A DNA stretch of 64,000 nucleotides from an uncultured Clostridia bacterium (lineage in GTDB: Bacteria; Bacillota; Clostridia; Lachnospirales; Lachnospiraceae): positions 7,640 through 71,639 of the forward strand of contig CAMWKO010000012.1 in assembly GCA_947174885.1 (NCBI GenBank). The letters are read 5' to 3'. The first letter of the stretch is position 1; the number at the start of each line of letters is the position of its first letter. The notes under the pieces are model-generated. The model saw nothing but the letters and a program-made list of their open reading frames with translations, had not been told where the DNA came from and ran no database searches. Shown piece by piece: positions 18,846 through 27,411 of the stretch. The translations under genes and the position numbers were made by a program.

Positions 18846-19007
18846 GAGTTCTTATATTTTCTTGTATTTGTATTTTGGGTTTCAATATATCATATTATAT
18901 TTTTAGTTTCAAAAAGTAATGTCAATAAAAATATAATGGATACACTGCACAAAAAACTGTAGTTAAATTTTAATTTTAATCTACAGTTTCTTGTGTAAAA
19001 TGCTTAT
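18846..19007. repeat. Degenerate copy (M1) of the nested-palindrome repeat family
   Basis: tatttttagtttcaaaaag arm at about 18897..18915. Long hairpin cacaaaaaactgtag...ctacagtttcttgtg. Boundaries are approximate. Confidence 0.5.
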
Positions 19008-19040
19008 ACTTAATTACTTTTATCAGTTATATGAAAATAT

Positions 19041-19667
19041 TTAATTAACTTTATAATTAGATAAATTTGCTATAATCTCCCTTGCCTCAGATGTATTTTC
19101 TGCTTCTACTAATATATAGTGGTTTTTTTCTTCATTTTCCCACCAAGTAAGCTCAACACCATCTTTATTAATTGTCTCCTGTACTTTGTTTTCACCTTCA
19201 TTTTCCCACGAACTAAGCCAAACCAAAAAATTATCTGAATTGTTTCTATCAATTTGTACGCAAATAGAACATTCTATAAAAGGAAACATACTTCCTCCAT
19301 CATCAGTCTTAAACGATGGATTTGATATAAATATCCAAATATAATCTTCATCGGGAATAAATCCGCCAAGACTTCCTTCACTATAATTAATTTCAGATAA
19401 TATATCACCCTTAATATTAAGTTTCAAATCAGAATAACTTGCATCATACATAACATCCTTTTCTCCACCGTTAATCTCTCCTTTAAGAGTAAAATGTGTC
19501 ATACCAATAACTTCTTCAGTTTCAGTATCATATATGGCTAAATCCTTATCAATATCCAGCTTTAAATTATGATCCGATAGACAATATATTCCAACTGCCC
19601 CTGCTATTGAGAGAAAAACAAGTACCGCTACAACCATAACAATAATCTTTTTTTTCATAACATACAC
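19041..19667 (-). CDS. Membrane-anchored protein of unknown function
   Basis: 208 aa. N-terminal hydrophobic segment IIVMVVAVLVFLSIAGAVGIY. No family recognised. Confidence 0.55.
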   Translation of the reverse strand: MYVMKKKIIVMVVAVLVFLSIAGAVGIYCLSDHNLKLDIDKDLAIYDTETEEVIGMTHFTLKGEINGGEKDVMYDASYSDLKLNIKGDILSEINYSEGSLGGFIPDEDYIWIFISNPSFKTDDGGSMFPFIECSICVQIDRNNSDNFLVWLSSWENEGENKVQETINKDGVELTWWENEEKNHYILVEAENTSEAREIIANLSNYKVN

Positions 19668-19682
19668 CTCCTAAAATCCACT

Positions 19683-20318
19683 TTATGGTCTTGGTACCTT
19701 TATTTTTATCCTATCATTAACATTTTCAAGATAAAATGATACTATATCATATCTAACAAGGAAGTTATTGTCACCATTCTTGTATTTGTAAAAATTGCTT
19801 GAAGCTTTACTAATATAATCATTATAATATGGTGCAGTAATTGTACCTGAATACGTCTTACTGTTAATAGTTCCTTGTAATTCATTACCATTCATTGAAA
19901 AGTTAGGAATGTCAACATTGTATGAATAGTTTACAATATTTCCACTATATCCTAAAATCTGATTTCCTGTATCAAGATCTCCACTATATTTAATAAATAC
20001 ATATAAATAATTTGCACCTGTTAATACTGTATAATTGGCACTTATATCTGATACTATGCTTTGACCAGACATTCCTGAAACAACGCCTTTACATATGTCA
20101 TACATAGTTTTTATTACAGTCAGTCCTCCACCTACAACAGGTAATGCTCCTGCAACTGAGGAAACTGTAATACCAATAACATTTTGAGCAATAGCTGTTG
20201 CAGATTTTTTACTTTTTGTACAGTGTACATCAAATGACCATAATTCACTATTTGCATTTGCCGGTACACCTCTTATTATCTGTAATTCATATGTTTTTCC
20301 ATTAAATACTGTCGTGTA
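19683..20318 (-). CDS. Unknown protein with Gly/Ala/Val-rich hydrophobic segment and beta-rich C-terminal domain; the frame is open well upstream of the annotated Met and overlaps the end of the preceding ORF (probable frameshifted continuation)
   Basis: ORF track starts at Met 20105. My translation shows the same frame open back to the TAG at 20319..20321 (YTTVFNGKTYELQIIRGVPANANSELWSFDVHCTKSKKSATAIAQNVIGITVSSVAGALPVVGGGLTVIKTMYD...) with no ATG/GTG/TTG in that extension. Confidence 0.5.
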   Translation of the reverse strand, partial: YTTVFNGKTYELQIIRGVPANANSELWSFDVHCTKSKKSATAIAQNVIGITVSSVAGALPVVGGGLTVIKTMYDICKGVVSGMSGQSIVSDISANYTVLTGANYLYVFIKYSGDLDTGNQILGYSGNIVNYSYNVDIPNFSMNGNELQGTINSKTYSGTITAPYYNDYISKASSNFYKYKNGDNNFLVRYDIVSFYLENVNDRIKIKVPRP

Positions 20319-20722
20319 CTAGTCCATTTTACCGTTGTGCTTGGATTTAATGCAACCCTTGCCATACCTGTATTTATATTTGCTTCATCATTTGAATTAA
20401 CTATAGAATTATTAAGCTTTGAAACCACCTCATAATATGAAATTTCTTCAACTCCCAACTCTTCCAGTCTGTTATCAATAGCCTCTATAACCTCATAATT
20501 ATTTTCAAAATTCAAGCTGTACTCTCCGCGCATTTCATATAACACATCAATTGAATTTTCATTATTTATATATTCATATATTTCAGTTTCATTAAAAACA
20601 GTTTCTTTAATTTCTTCTGCATATACTATGTTGTCACAAAGAAGAACAGAAAATAATATAATAATGCCGATACCAAAAATTTTTAACTTCATACAATTTT
20701 TCCTTTCGTAAATAAATCTCAA
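20276..20722 (-). CDS. Secreted protein of unknown function (signal peptide), probably the N-terminal part of a frame-disrupted larger gene
   Basis: 148 aa. MKLKIFGIGIIILFSVLLCDNIVYAEE signal-like N-terminus. Ends in a double stop TAATAA. Confidence 0.55.
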   Translation of the reverse strand: MRFIYERKNCMKLKIFGIGIIILFSVLLCDNIVYAEEIKETVFNETEIYEYINNENSIDVLYEMRGEYSLNFENNYEVIEAIDNRLEELGVEEISYYEVVSKLNNSIVNSNDEANINTGMARVALNPSTTVKWTSTRQYLMEKHMNYR

Positions 20723-20889
20723 TCCACGACATATAAGACAGCTTTTCTATTCTGTCTCAATAATTTCATAAACTTTAATTACTTATTGTGTACTTTTTTG
20801 AAGTTTTAATATTTAAAATATAGTAAAATTACCTATAACTTATTATTAAATTATTTATATTCTTAATTATACATTTATTATTGTTATGG

Positions 20890-21060
20890 AATTTACTTCA
20901 ACTCTTAATACATTTGTGCTAATATTAGATTAATCTTTTGAATTATATGTAGAATTATTAAGTTTTTAAACAACCTAATTATATGAAATCTTTATAAGTC
21001 CCGGTTTTCTTTAACCTGTTATTAAATACTCTCCATACACTTATAATATGCCCATATCAG
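20890..21060 (-). pseudogene. Decayed duplicate of part of the 20276..20722 gene
   Basis: By-eye alignment of 20943..21050 with 20403..20510 (shared tagaattattaag, atatgaaat, ctgttat blocks, roughly 70 percent identity). Stops in all frames. Confidence 0.35.
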
Positions 21061-21215
21061 AAATCTTCCACTCATATAGTTTTACATCTTATTTTAATCG
21101 GCTTCATCTCCTATCTTTACTTTTTACATAAACTTACAACTACTTACAGTATATTATACATAAATTTAAATGTCAATATTTACCATATATTGAGTTATTT
21201 ATAAAAGAACAGGTT

Positions 21216-21899
21216 CTAATCCTGCAACAAATCAGGTCTTCTTTCCAGAGTTCTTTTATAAGCCTGTTCTTCCCGCCATTTTTCAATATTTTTGTGATGC
21301 CCGCTAAGTAATACCTCCGGAACTTTCTTATCCATAAATATCTCAGGTCTTGTATACTGAGGGTATTCAAGCATATTTGTAGTAAAACTTTCCGTTTCTG
21401 CTGAAATATCATTATTTAAAACACCTTTAATATTTCTTGAAATAGAGTCAATCATTACCATAGCAGCCAATTCTCCACCTGTGAGTACATAATCTCCGAT
21501 TGAAACATTGTCTGTAACAATCATCTCTATAACCCGTTCATCAACCCCCTCATAATGTCCACATAAAAATATTATGTCATCCTCTTTTGCAAGTTCCCTG
21601 CTCATTTGCTGATTAAAGGTTCTGCCTGCAGGTGTCAGAAACACAACCCGTGGATTTTTAATATTGTTTTTAGCTACTATATCCATATAACAATCATATA
21701 TTGGCTGTGCCTGCATTACCATTCCGGCTCCTCCGCCATATGGATAATCATCTACATGACCATGTTTGTCTTTAGTATATTTTCTTATATCTACACAATT
21801 AAGACGTATTATATTACTATTAATTGCACGACCTGTAATACTCGTATTTAATCCCTGTTCAATCATCTCCGGAAATAAAGTCATTACATGAAAATTCAT
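21216..21899 (-). CDS. trmD: tRNA (guanine37-N1)-methyltransferase
   Basis: MNFHVMTLFPEM... and YGGGAGMVM motifs. Start set at the ATG overlapping the rimM stop (TAATG). Confidence 0.95.
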   Translation of the reverse strand: MNFHVMTLFPEMIEQGLNTSITGRAINSNIIRLNCVDIRKYTKDKHGHVDDYPYGGGAGMVMQAQPIYDCYMDIVAKNNIKNPRVVFLTPAGRTFNQQMSRELAKEDDIIFLCGHYEGVDERVIEMIVTDNVSIGDYVLTGGELAAMVMIDSISRNIKGVLNNDISAETESFTTNMLEYPQYTRPEIFMDKKVPEVLLSGHHKNIEKWREEQAYKRTLERRPDLLQD

Positions 21900-22408
21900 T
21901 AATCCATCAATCCTTCTAAAATATGCACTCTTATATATCCATCCTTTATATTTACATCTAAAATACACTCATCTATATTTGGCAATAATAATTCTTTACC
22001 ATTATTCATATTTACAACATAAACATCATTTGCACCGGTCTGCATAACATCATATAACACACCAATTTCATTATCATCCTCATCTATTACCTTTAAATCT
22101 ATCAGATCAGCAATATAGTATTCATCTTCCTCAAGTGGAATAGCATTTTCCCGTGAAACAAGTAAATCCATACCCTTGTATTTTTCTATATCATTAATAT
22201 TGTCAATATCCTTAAACTTTAAAATAGCCATATTTTTAAAGAACTTACAGCTGACTACTTCAAGCTCAAGTTTTTCTTTTTTTGTATCTAAAATAACTTT
22301 TTTTAATTTTTTAAATCTGCTTATATCATCTGTAGTCGGAAATACCTTAACTTCTCCTCTGATACCATGTGTATTTGCAATTACACCTACTCTAAAAAAA
22401 TCTTCCAT
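21899..22408 (-). CDS. rimM: 16S rRNA processing protein RimM
   Basis: VGVIANTHGIRGEVKV N-terminus. Synteny with trmD. Confidence 0.9.
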   Translation of the reverse strand: MEDFFRVGVIANTHGIRGEVKVFPTTDDISRFKKLKKVILDTKKEKLELEVVSCKFFKNMAILKFKDIDNINDIEKYKGMDLLVSRENAIPLEEDEYYIADLIDLKVIDEDDNEIGVLYDVMQTGANDVYVVNMNNGKELLLPNIDECILDVNIKDGYIRVHILEGLMD

Positions 22409-22491
22409 ATCTGTCTCCTAATGCTTCAATCAGAAGTGATTGCACCTCCAGCCTAAGCACAAACTCAAGGTTGAAATTTTCCTTCAGCCTT
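22409..22491 (-). repeat. R-element copy R1: conserved ~80-nt leader ending in the rimM Shine-Dalgarno sequence
   Basis: Minus strand aaggctgaaggaaaatttcaaccttgagtttgtgcttaggctggaggtgcaatcacttctgattgaagcattaggagacagatATG. Aligns with 51426..51507, 62235..62284 and 36480..36559. Confidence 0.7.
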
Positions 22492-22520
22492 ATTATTTCT
22501 TTTATTATTATAAAAGCATA

Positions 22521-22547
22521 GAAAAGGGCGATTATATCGCCCTTTTC
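22521..22547 (-). terminator. Intrinsic terminator after the KH-domain gene
   Basis: gaaaagggcga ttata tcgcccttttc, an 11-bp GC-containing stem followed by a T-rich tail on the minus strand. Confidence 0.6.
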
Positions 22548-22558
22548 ATGTTTTAAAT

Positions 22559-22789
22559 TTACTGCAAAATGTCTACAATAACTTTCTTATCTTCTTTTGA
22601 TGCAGCAGCCTTTACAACTGAACGAATCGCTTTTGCAATACGACCTTGTTTTCCAATAACCTTGCCCATATCCTCCGGAGCAACCTTAAGTTCAACAATA
22701 ATAGCTTTTTCTTCTTCTCTTTCAGTTACCACTACTTCATCCGGTGAATCAACAAGAGCTTTTGCAATTACTTCAACTAATTCTTTCAT
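22559..22789 (-). CDS. KH domain RNA-binding protein (YlqC family)
   Basis: 76 aa. GKVIGKQGRIAKAIRSVV motif. Located between rpsP and rimM. Confidence 0.9.
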   Translation of the reverse strand: MKELVEVIAKALVDSPDEVVVTEREEEKAIIVELKVAPEDMGKVIGKQGRIAKAIRSVVKAAASKEDKKVIVDILQ

Positions 22790-22844
22790 AAATGCACCTC
22801 ATAAGTATATCTTAAGGACATACTAAAATTGTGTGATACGACTA

Positions 22845-23090
22845 TTATTTCTCAATACCAGCCTGCTTTAACAATTTTGCAACAACTTCTGTTGGCTGAG
22901 CACCATTAGCCAGCCACTTCTTTGCTAATTCTTCATTAACTGTAACCTTACTTGGCTCTACAGTTGGATCATATGTTCCGATTTCTTCAATAAATTTTCC
23001 GTCTCTTGGTGATCTAGAATCTGCAACAATAATTCTATAAAAAGGTGCTTTCTTCTGTCCCATTCTTCTTAATCTCATTTTAACTGCCAT
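22845..23090 (-). CDS. rpsP: 30S ribosomal protein S16
   Basis: [31 protein letters not shown]. Confidence 0.95.
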   Translation of the reverse strand: MAVKMRLRRMGQKKAPFYRIIVADSRSPRDGKFIEEIGTYDPTVEPSKVTVNEELAKKWLANGAQPTEVVAKLLKQAGIEK

Positions 23091-23133
23091 GATAAATGCC
23101 TCCTAAAATAAATTCTAAAATAATGTATATATG

Positions 23134-24483
23134 TTAAAATGGTAGTTTAAATCTACCCATTTTACCACCGTGTTTTTTGCCTCCCATTAAACCAGGGAAC
23201 TGTTTCATCATCTTTCTGGCCTGTTCAAAATTCTTAACCAGTCTGTTTACCTCTGCAATATCTACTCCTGCACCTCTTGCTATTCTGTTCTTTCTTGATG
23301 GATTAAGTATCTGTGGATTACTTCTTTCCTTTGGTGTCATCGAATAGATAATAGCCTCTATTCTGCCAAGTGCCTTTTCATCTGGAAGCTCTGCTCCCTG
23401 AAGCTTTTGTCCCATACCGGGCATCATACTAAGAATATCCGATATTCCACCCATCTGCTTAATCTGTCCCATATAGACCAGATAATCATCAAAACCAAAC
23501 TCAGCTTTTCTAAGCTTACGTTCCATTTCTTTAGCCTGTTCCTCATCAACAGTAGCCTGTGCCTTTTCAATAAGAGTAAGCACGTCACCCATACCAAGAA
23601 TACGTGATGCCATTCTGTCAGGATAAAACTGTTCTAAATCCGAAAGCTTTTCACCCATACCTATATATAAAATAGGCTTTCCTGTAACGGCTCTGATTGA
23701 AAGTGCTGCACCACCTCTTGTATCACCATCCAGTTTAGTAAGAATTACTCCGTCAATACCTATCTTTTCTTCAAAGGTAGATGCTACATTTACTGCATCC
23801 TGTCCTGTCATTGCATCCACTACCAAAACTGTCTGATTGATGTTTACACTTTCTTTGATTTCTACAAGCTCATTCATCATATCTTCATCAACATGAAGAC
23901 GACCTGCCGTATCAAGAATAACTACATTCTGACCGTTTTTTGAGGCGTGTTCAATAGCCGCCTTTGCTATGTTTGCCGGCTTATGTCCTGTACCCATTGC
24001 AAATACTGGAACCTCCTGCTTTTCACCGTTGATTTTTAACTGTTCAACAGCTGCCGGTCTGTATACATCACAGGCAACCAGCAACGGTTTTTTCCCCTTT
24101 GCCTTAAGCTTTCCTGCAATCTTGGCCGTAGTAGTTGTTTTACCGGCACCCTGTAAGCCCATCATCATGATAACGGTCATTTCAATGCCCGGTCTGATAT
24201 CAAGTTCAGTAGTTTCCGAACCCATAAGCTTTATCATTTCCTCATTAACTATCTTTATTACCATCTGTCCAGGAGTAAGCGATGTCATAACATCAGCACC
24301 GACTGCTCTTTCTGTAACAGAGTTAATAAACTGTTTTACAACCTTAAAGCTTACATCAGCTTCAAGTAATGCCATCTTTACTTCCTTTAATGCACTTTTA
24401 ACATCAGCTTCGCTAAGACGACCCTTTCCTCTGAGGTTTTTAAATATATTCTGTAATTTATCTGATAAGCTCTCAAATGCCAT
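23134..24483 (-). CDS. ffh: Signal recognition particle protein Ffh
   Basis: MAFESLSDKLQ..., GLQGAGKTTT, DTAGRL, Met-rich C-terminal M domain. Confidence 0.95.
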   Translation of the reverse strand: MAFESLSDKLQNIFKNLRGKGRLSEADVKSALKEVKMALLEADVSFKVVKQFINSVTERAVGADVMTSLTPGQMVIKIVNEEMIKLMGSETTELDIRPGIEMTVIMMMGLQGAGKTTTTAKIAGKLKAKGKKPLLVACDVYRPAAVEQLKINGEKQEVPVFAMGTGHKPANIAKAAIEHASKNGQNVVILDTAGRLHVDEDMMNELVEIKESVNINQTVLVVDAMTGQDAVNVASTFEEKIGIDGVILTKLDGDTRGGAALSIRAVTGKPILYIGMGEKLSDLEQFYPDRMASRILGMGDVLTLIEKAQATVDEEQAKEMERKLRKAEFGFDDYLVYMGQIKQMGGISDILSMMPGMGQKLQGAELPDEKALGRIEAIIYSMTPKERSNPQILNPSRKNRIARGAGVDIAEVNRLVKNFEQARKMMKQFPGLMGGKKHGGKMGRFKLPF

Positions 24484-24494
24484 ATAAAAACCTC

Positions 24495-24851
24495 CTACAG
24501 TTCTTCAATGATTTTGTTTGAAATTTCATTTATTCTATCAATAAGACCTCTTTCCCTTTGGGAAATGTCTAATGAATCAAACTCTTTTGTAATAGTGTGA
24601 ATTTCGGTAACCAGCTGCTTAGTTTCAAGGAATTTGCTCATAAGCTTAAGCTTTGCTTCATACTTTTCAAGTATATTATCACATCTTTTAATGATATCAT
24701 ATACACTCTGCCTTGATACACCCTTAATGGCAGCCAGTTCACTAAGTCCGATATCATTTAAGACATAATCCTCATAAATACTCTTTTGATGTTCCGTAAG
24801 TAATTCCCCATAAAAATCGTATAATAACGACTGTCTTAAAATTTTTTCCAT
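24495..24851 (-). CDS. ylxM: YlxM/p13-like putative DNA-binding protein
   Basis: 118 aa. LLYDFYGELLTEHQ motif. Immediately upstream of ffh. Confidence 0.85.
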   Translation of the reverse strand: MEKILRQSLLYDFYGELLTEHQKSIYEDYVLNDIGLSELAAIKGVSRQSVYDIIKRCDNILEKYEAKLKLMSKFLETKQLVTEIHTITKEFDSLDISQRERGLIDRINEISNKIIEEL

Positions 24852-24894
24852 AATATTCTCCTAATACACACCTTACATAATATATACTAATAAT

Positions 24895-24930
24895 AAAAAA
24901 GTGTCAAGTATTTTTTCTTGACACTTTTTT
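24895..24930. terminator. Bidirectional intrinsic terminator after ilvA
   Basis: A6 gtgtcaag tatttttt cttgacac T6. Confidence 0.7.
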
Positions 24931-25070
24931 ATTATTCTAATTTTAAAATAATATAAAACATAATATTAAAAAAATGATGTATATGAAAATGGCTTATATA
25001 TTAAGAAAAAACATGGTAACAAACGTACATTTTATAAATTCCAGCCTCATAAGTCCTATTTTAACATTAA

Positions 25071-26297
25071 TTACAGATTTGTTCTCACTACCTTAGGTTT
25101 AAATCCTGCCTCCTGTAATTTATCAACTATCTGCTCCTTATGCTTCATACCAAAGGTTTCAATAGTAATTCTAAGCTCAACTTCTGCATTTCTGTTTATA
25201 CTTACAAACTGATTATGCTCAAGCTTAACAACATTACCATTTGCCTGTGAAATAACAGATGCAACTCTTACAAGCTCACCCGGCTTGTCCGGAAGCAGCA
25301 CTGAAACAGTAAAAATTCTTCCTCTTTGAATAAGTCCATGCTGTAAGGTTGAAGACATTGTTATAATGTCCATATTACCGCCACTAAGAATGGAAACAAC
25401 CTTCTTATCACGGCAATCTAAATGCTTAAGTGCTGCAACAGTAAGTAATCCTGAGCCCTCACATACCATCTTGTGATTTTCGACCATATCAAGGAATGCA
25501 TCAATAAGCTCTTCATCCTCTACCGGAATTATATCATCAATATTCTTCTGTATGTATGGGAATATTACAGTACCCGGTGTCTTTACAGCCGTACCGTCTG
25601 CAATAGTTACCGCACTGTCAAGAGTAACTACCTTTCCTGCATCAAGTGATGCCTTCATACAGCTTGCTCCTTTTGGCTCAACACCAATAACTTTAATATT
25701 GGGATTGATAAGCTTTGCAAGTGTAGAAACACCTGTTGCAAGACCACCGCCGCCGATTGGCACTAAAATATAATCAACCGTAGGTAATTCCTTTATAATT
25801 TCCATAGCTACCGTACCCTGTCCTGTAGCCACCTCTAAGTCATCAAACGGATGTACAAAGGTATATCCGTTTTCCCCCGCAAGTCTGAGTGCCTCTTTAC
25901 AAGCCTCATCATATACATTTCCATGAAGTATAACATCAGCACCATAGCCTCTTGTTCTGTTTACCTTTATAAATGGTGTTGCTGTTGGCATTACAATTTT
26001 AGCTGTAACTCCATAAATTCTGGCAGCATTCGCCACACCCTGTGCATGATTACCTGCTGATGCCGTAATTAAGCCTCTTTCTCTTTCTTCTTCTGTAAGC
26101 TGGCTTATTTTGTAATAAGCTCCTCTTACCTTATAGGCTCCCGTAAACTGCATATTTTCAGGCTTTAAATAAACTTTATTTCCACACTGCCTGCTAAAAA
26201 AATCACTGTAAATAAGATTTGTTGGTACCGTAACCTTTTTTACAATTTCAGCAGCTTCTTCAAACTTTTCCAATTTCAATTCTGTCATCATGACCAA
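25071..26297 (-). CDS. ilvA: Threonine ammonia-lyase (threonine dehydratase) with C-terminal ACT-like domain
   Basis: PLP-fold motifs FTGAYKVRGA, ASAGNHAQGVA, GGGGL. Confidence 0.85.
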   Translation of the reverse strand: MVMMTELKLEKFEEAAEIVKKVTVPTNLIYSDFFSRQCGNKVYLKPENMQFTGAYKVRGAYYKISQLTEEERERGLITASAGNHAQGVANAARIYGVTAKIVMPTATPFIKVNRTRGYGADVILHGNVYDEACKEALRLAGENGYTFVHPFDDLEVATGQGTVAMEIIKELPTVDYILVPIGGGGLATGVSTLAKLINPNIKVIGVEPKGASCMKASLDAGKVVTLDSAVTIADGTAVKTPGTVIFPYIQKNIDDIIPVEDEELIDAFLDMVENHKMVCEGSGLLTVAALKHLDCRDKKVVSILSGGNMDIITMSSTLQHGLIQRGRIFTVSVLLPDKPGELVRVASVISQANGNVVKLEHNQFVSINRNAEVELRITIETFGMKHKEQIVDKLQEAGFKPKVVRTNL

Positions 26298-26348
26298 TCT
26301 GCCTTCTTTCTAAATAGAATGAAAAAAATCAATAATTAAAATCTTATA

Positions 26349-27326
26349 CTAATTTTCTGTTTTGTCAATAGTATCTACAGTAAACAGTGCATTTACAAAT
26401 GTTTCTGAATTGAATTTTTGTAAATCATCTATCTTTTCGCCAACACCGACATATTTAACAGGTATTCCAAGCTCTGACTGGATAGCTACGGCTATACCGC
26501 CCTTTGCGGTTCCGTCCAGTTTTGTAAGTACTACACCTGTAATATCTGTAGTTTCCATAAACTGTCTTGCCTGAACCATTGCATTCTGACCTGTTGTTCC
26601 ATCCAGAACAATAAGATTTTCCCTATAAGCATCCGGAAATTCTTTTCCTATAATTCTGTCAATCTTCTTTAACTCATCCATAAGATTTTTCTTATTGTGA
26701 AGTCGTCCGGCAGTATCACAGATAAGCACATCTGCCTTTCTCGCCTTAGCAGCAGCTATTGCATCAAATATTACAGCAGCCGGATCTGCTCCCTCTTTTT
26801 GGGCAATTATATCAACGCCTGCTCTGTTTGACCACTCTGTAAGCTGTTCAATGGCCGCAGCCCTAAAGGTATCTGCTGCTGCAAGAATAACCTTTTTCCC
26901 CTGTGCCTTAAGCTGTCCTGCAAGCTTTCCTATGGATGTAGTCTTACCCACTCCGTTTACACCTATTACAAGTACTATTGAAGTCTGCTTTTCAAAATCG
27001 TAGGCATTTTCACCTAAGTCCATCTGCTCCTTAATACTCTGAATAAGTATTTCCTTACATTCCATAGGATCTTTTATTTTATTTTCTTTAACCTTTTCCT
27101 TTAAAGAATTAATAATCTTTTCAGTAGTGCTAACACCAATATCTCCCATAATAAGTATTTCTTCGAGTTCCTCATAAAATTCATCATCAATTTTTGAAAA
27201 ACCCTTAAATACACTTTCAAATCCGCTTACTATATTATCTCTTGTTTTGGTCAGTCCGCTTACAAGTCTTTTAAAAAAGCCCTTTTTCTTTTCGCCTTCT
27301 TCTTTAACTTCTAATTCTTCGCTCAT
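26349..27326 (-). CDS. ftsY: Signal recognition particle receptor FtsY
   Basis: GVNGVGKTTS, DTAGRL, TKLDGTAKGG motifs. Confidence 0.95.
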   Translation of the reverse strand: MSEELEVKEEGEKKKGFFKRLVSGLTKTRDNIVSGFESVFKGFSKIDDEFYEELEEILIMGDIGVSTTEKIINSLKEKVKENKIKDPMECKEILIQSIKEQMDLGENAYDFEKQTSIVLVIGVNGVGKTTSIGKLAGQLKAQGKKVILAAADTFRAAAIEQLTEWSNRAGVDIIAQKEGADPAAVIFDAIAAAKARKADVLICDTAGRLHNKKNLMDELKKIDRIIGKEFPDAYRENLIVLDGTTGQNAMVQARQFMETTDITGVVLTKLDGTAKGGIAVAIQSELGIPVKYVGVGEKIDDLQKFNSETFVNALFTVDTIDKTEN

Positions 27327-27411
27327 ATTACCTCCATATTTTATATTAGATTTTACATTCTAATCTGCTTTGCCCTCTTATATCTTTTATACTGTCAGCT
27401 CTGTAGAAAGC

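Noticed and set aside
21173-21412. 79-aa ORF overlapping the trmD 3' end
   Set aside because: It is an alternative frame of trmD. The trmD frame is strongly supported by conserved motifs.
23969-24487. 172-aa plus-strand ORF opposite ffh
   Set aside because: It is antisense to the unmistakable Ffh coding sequence, so it is a shadow ORF.
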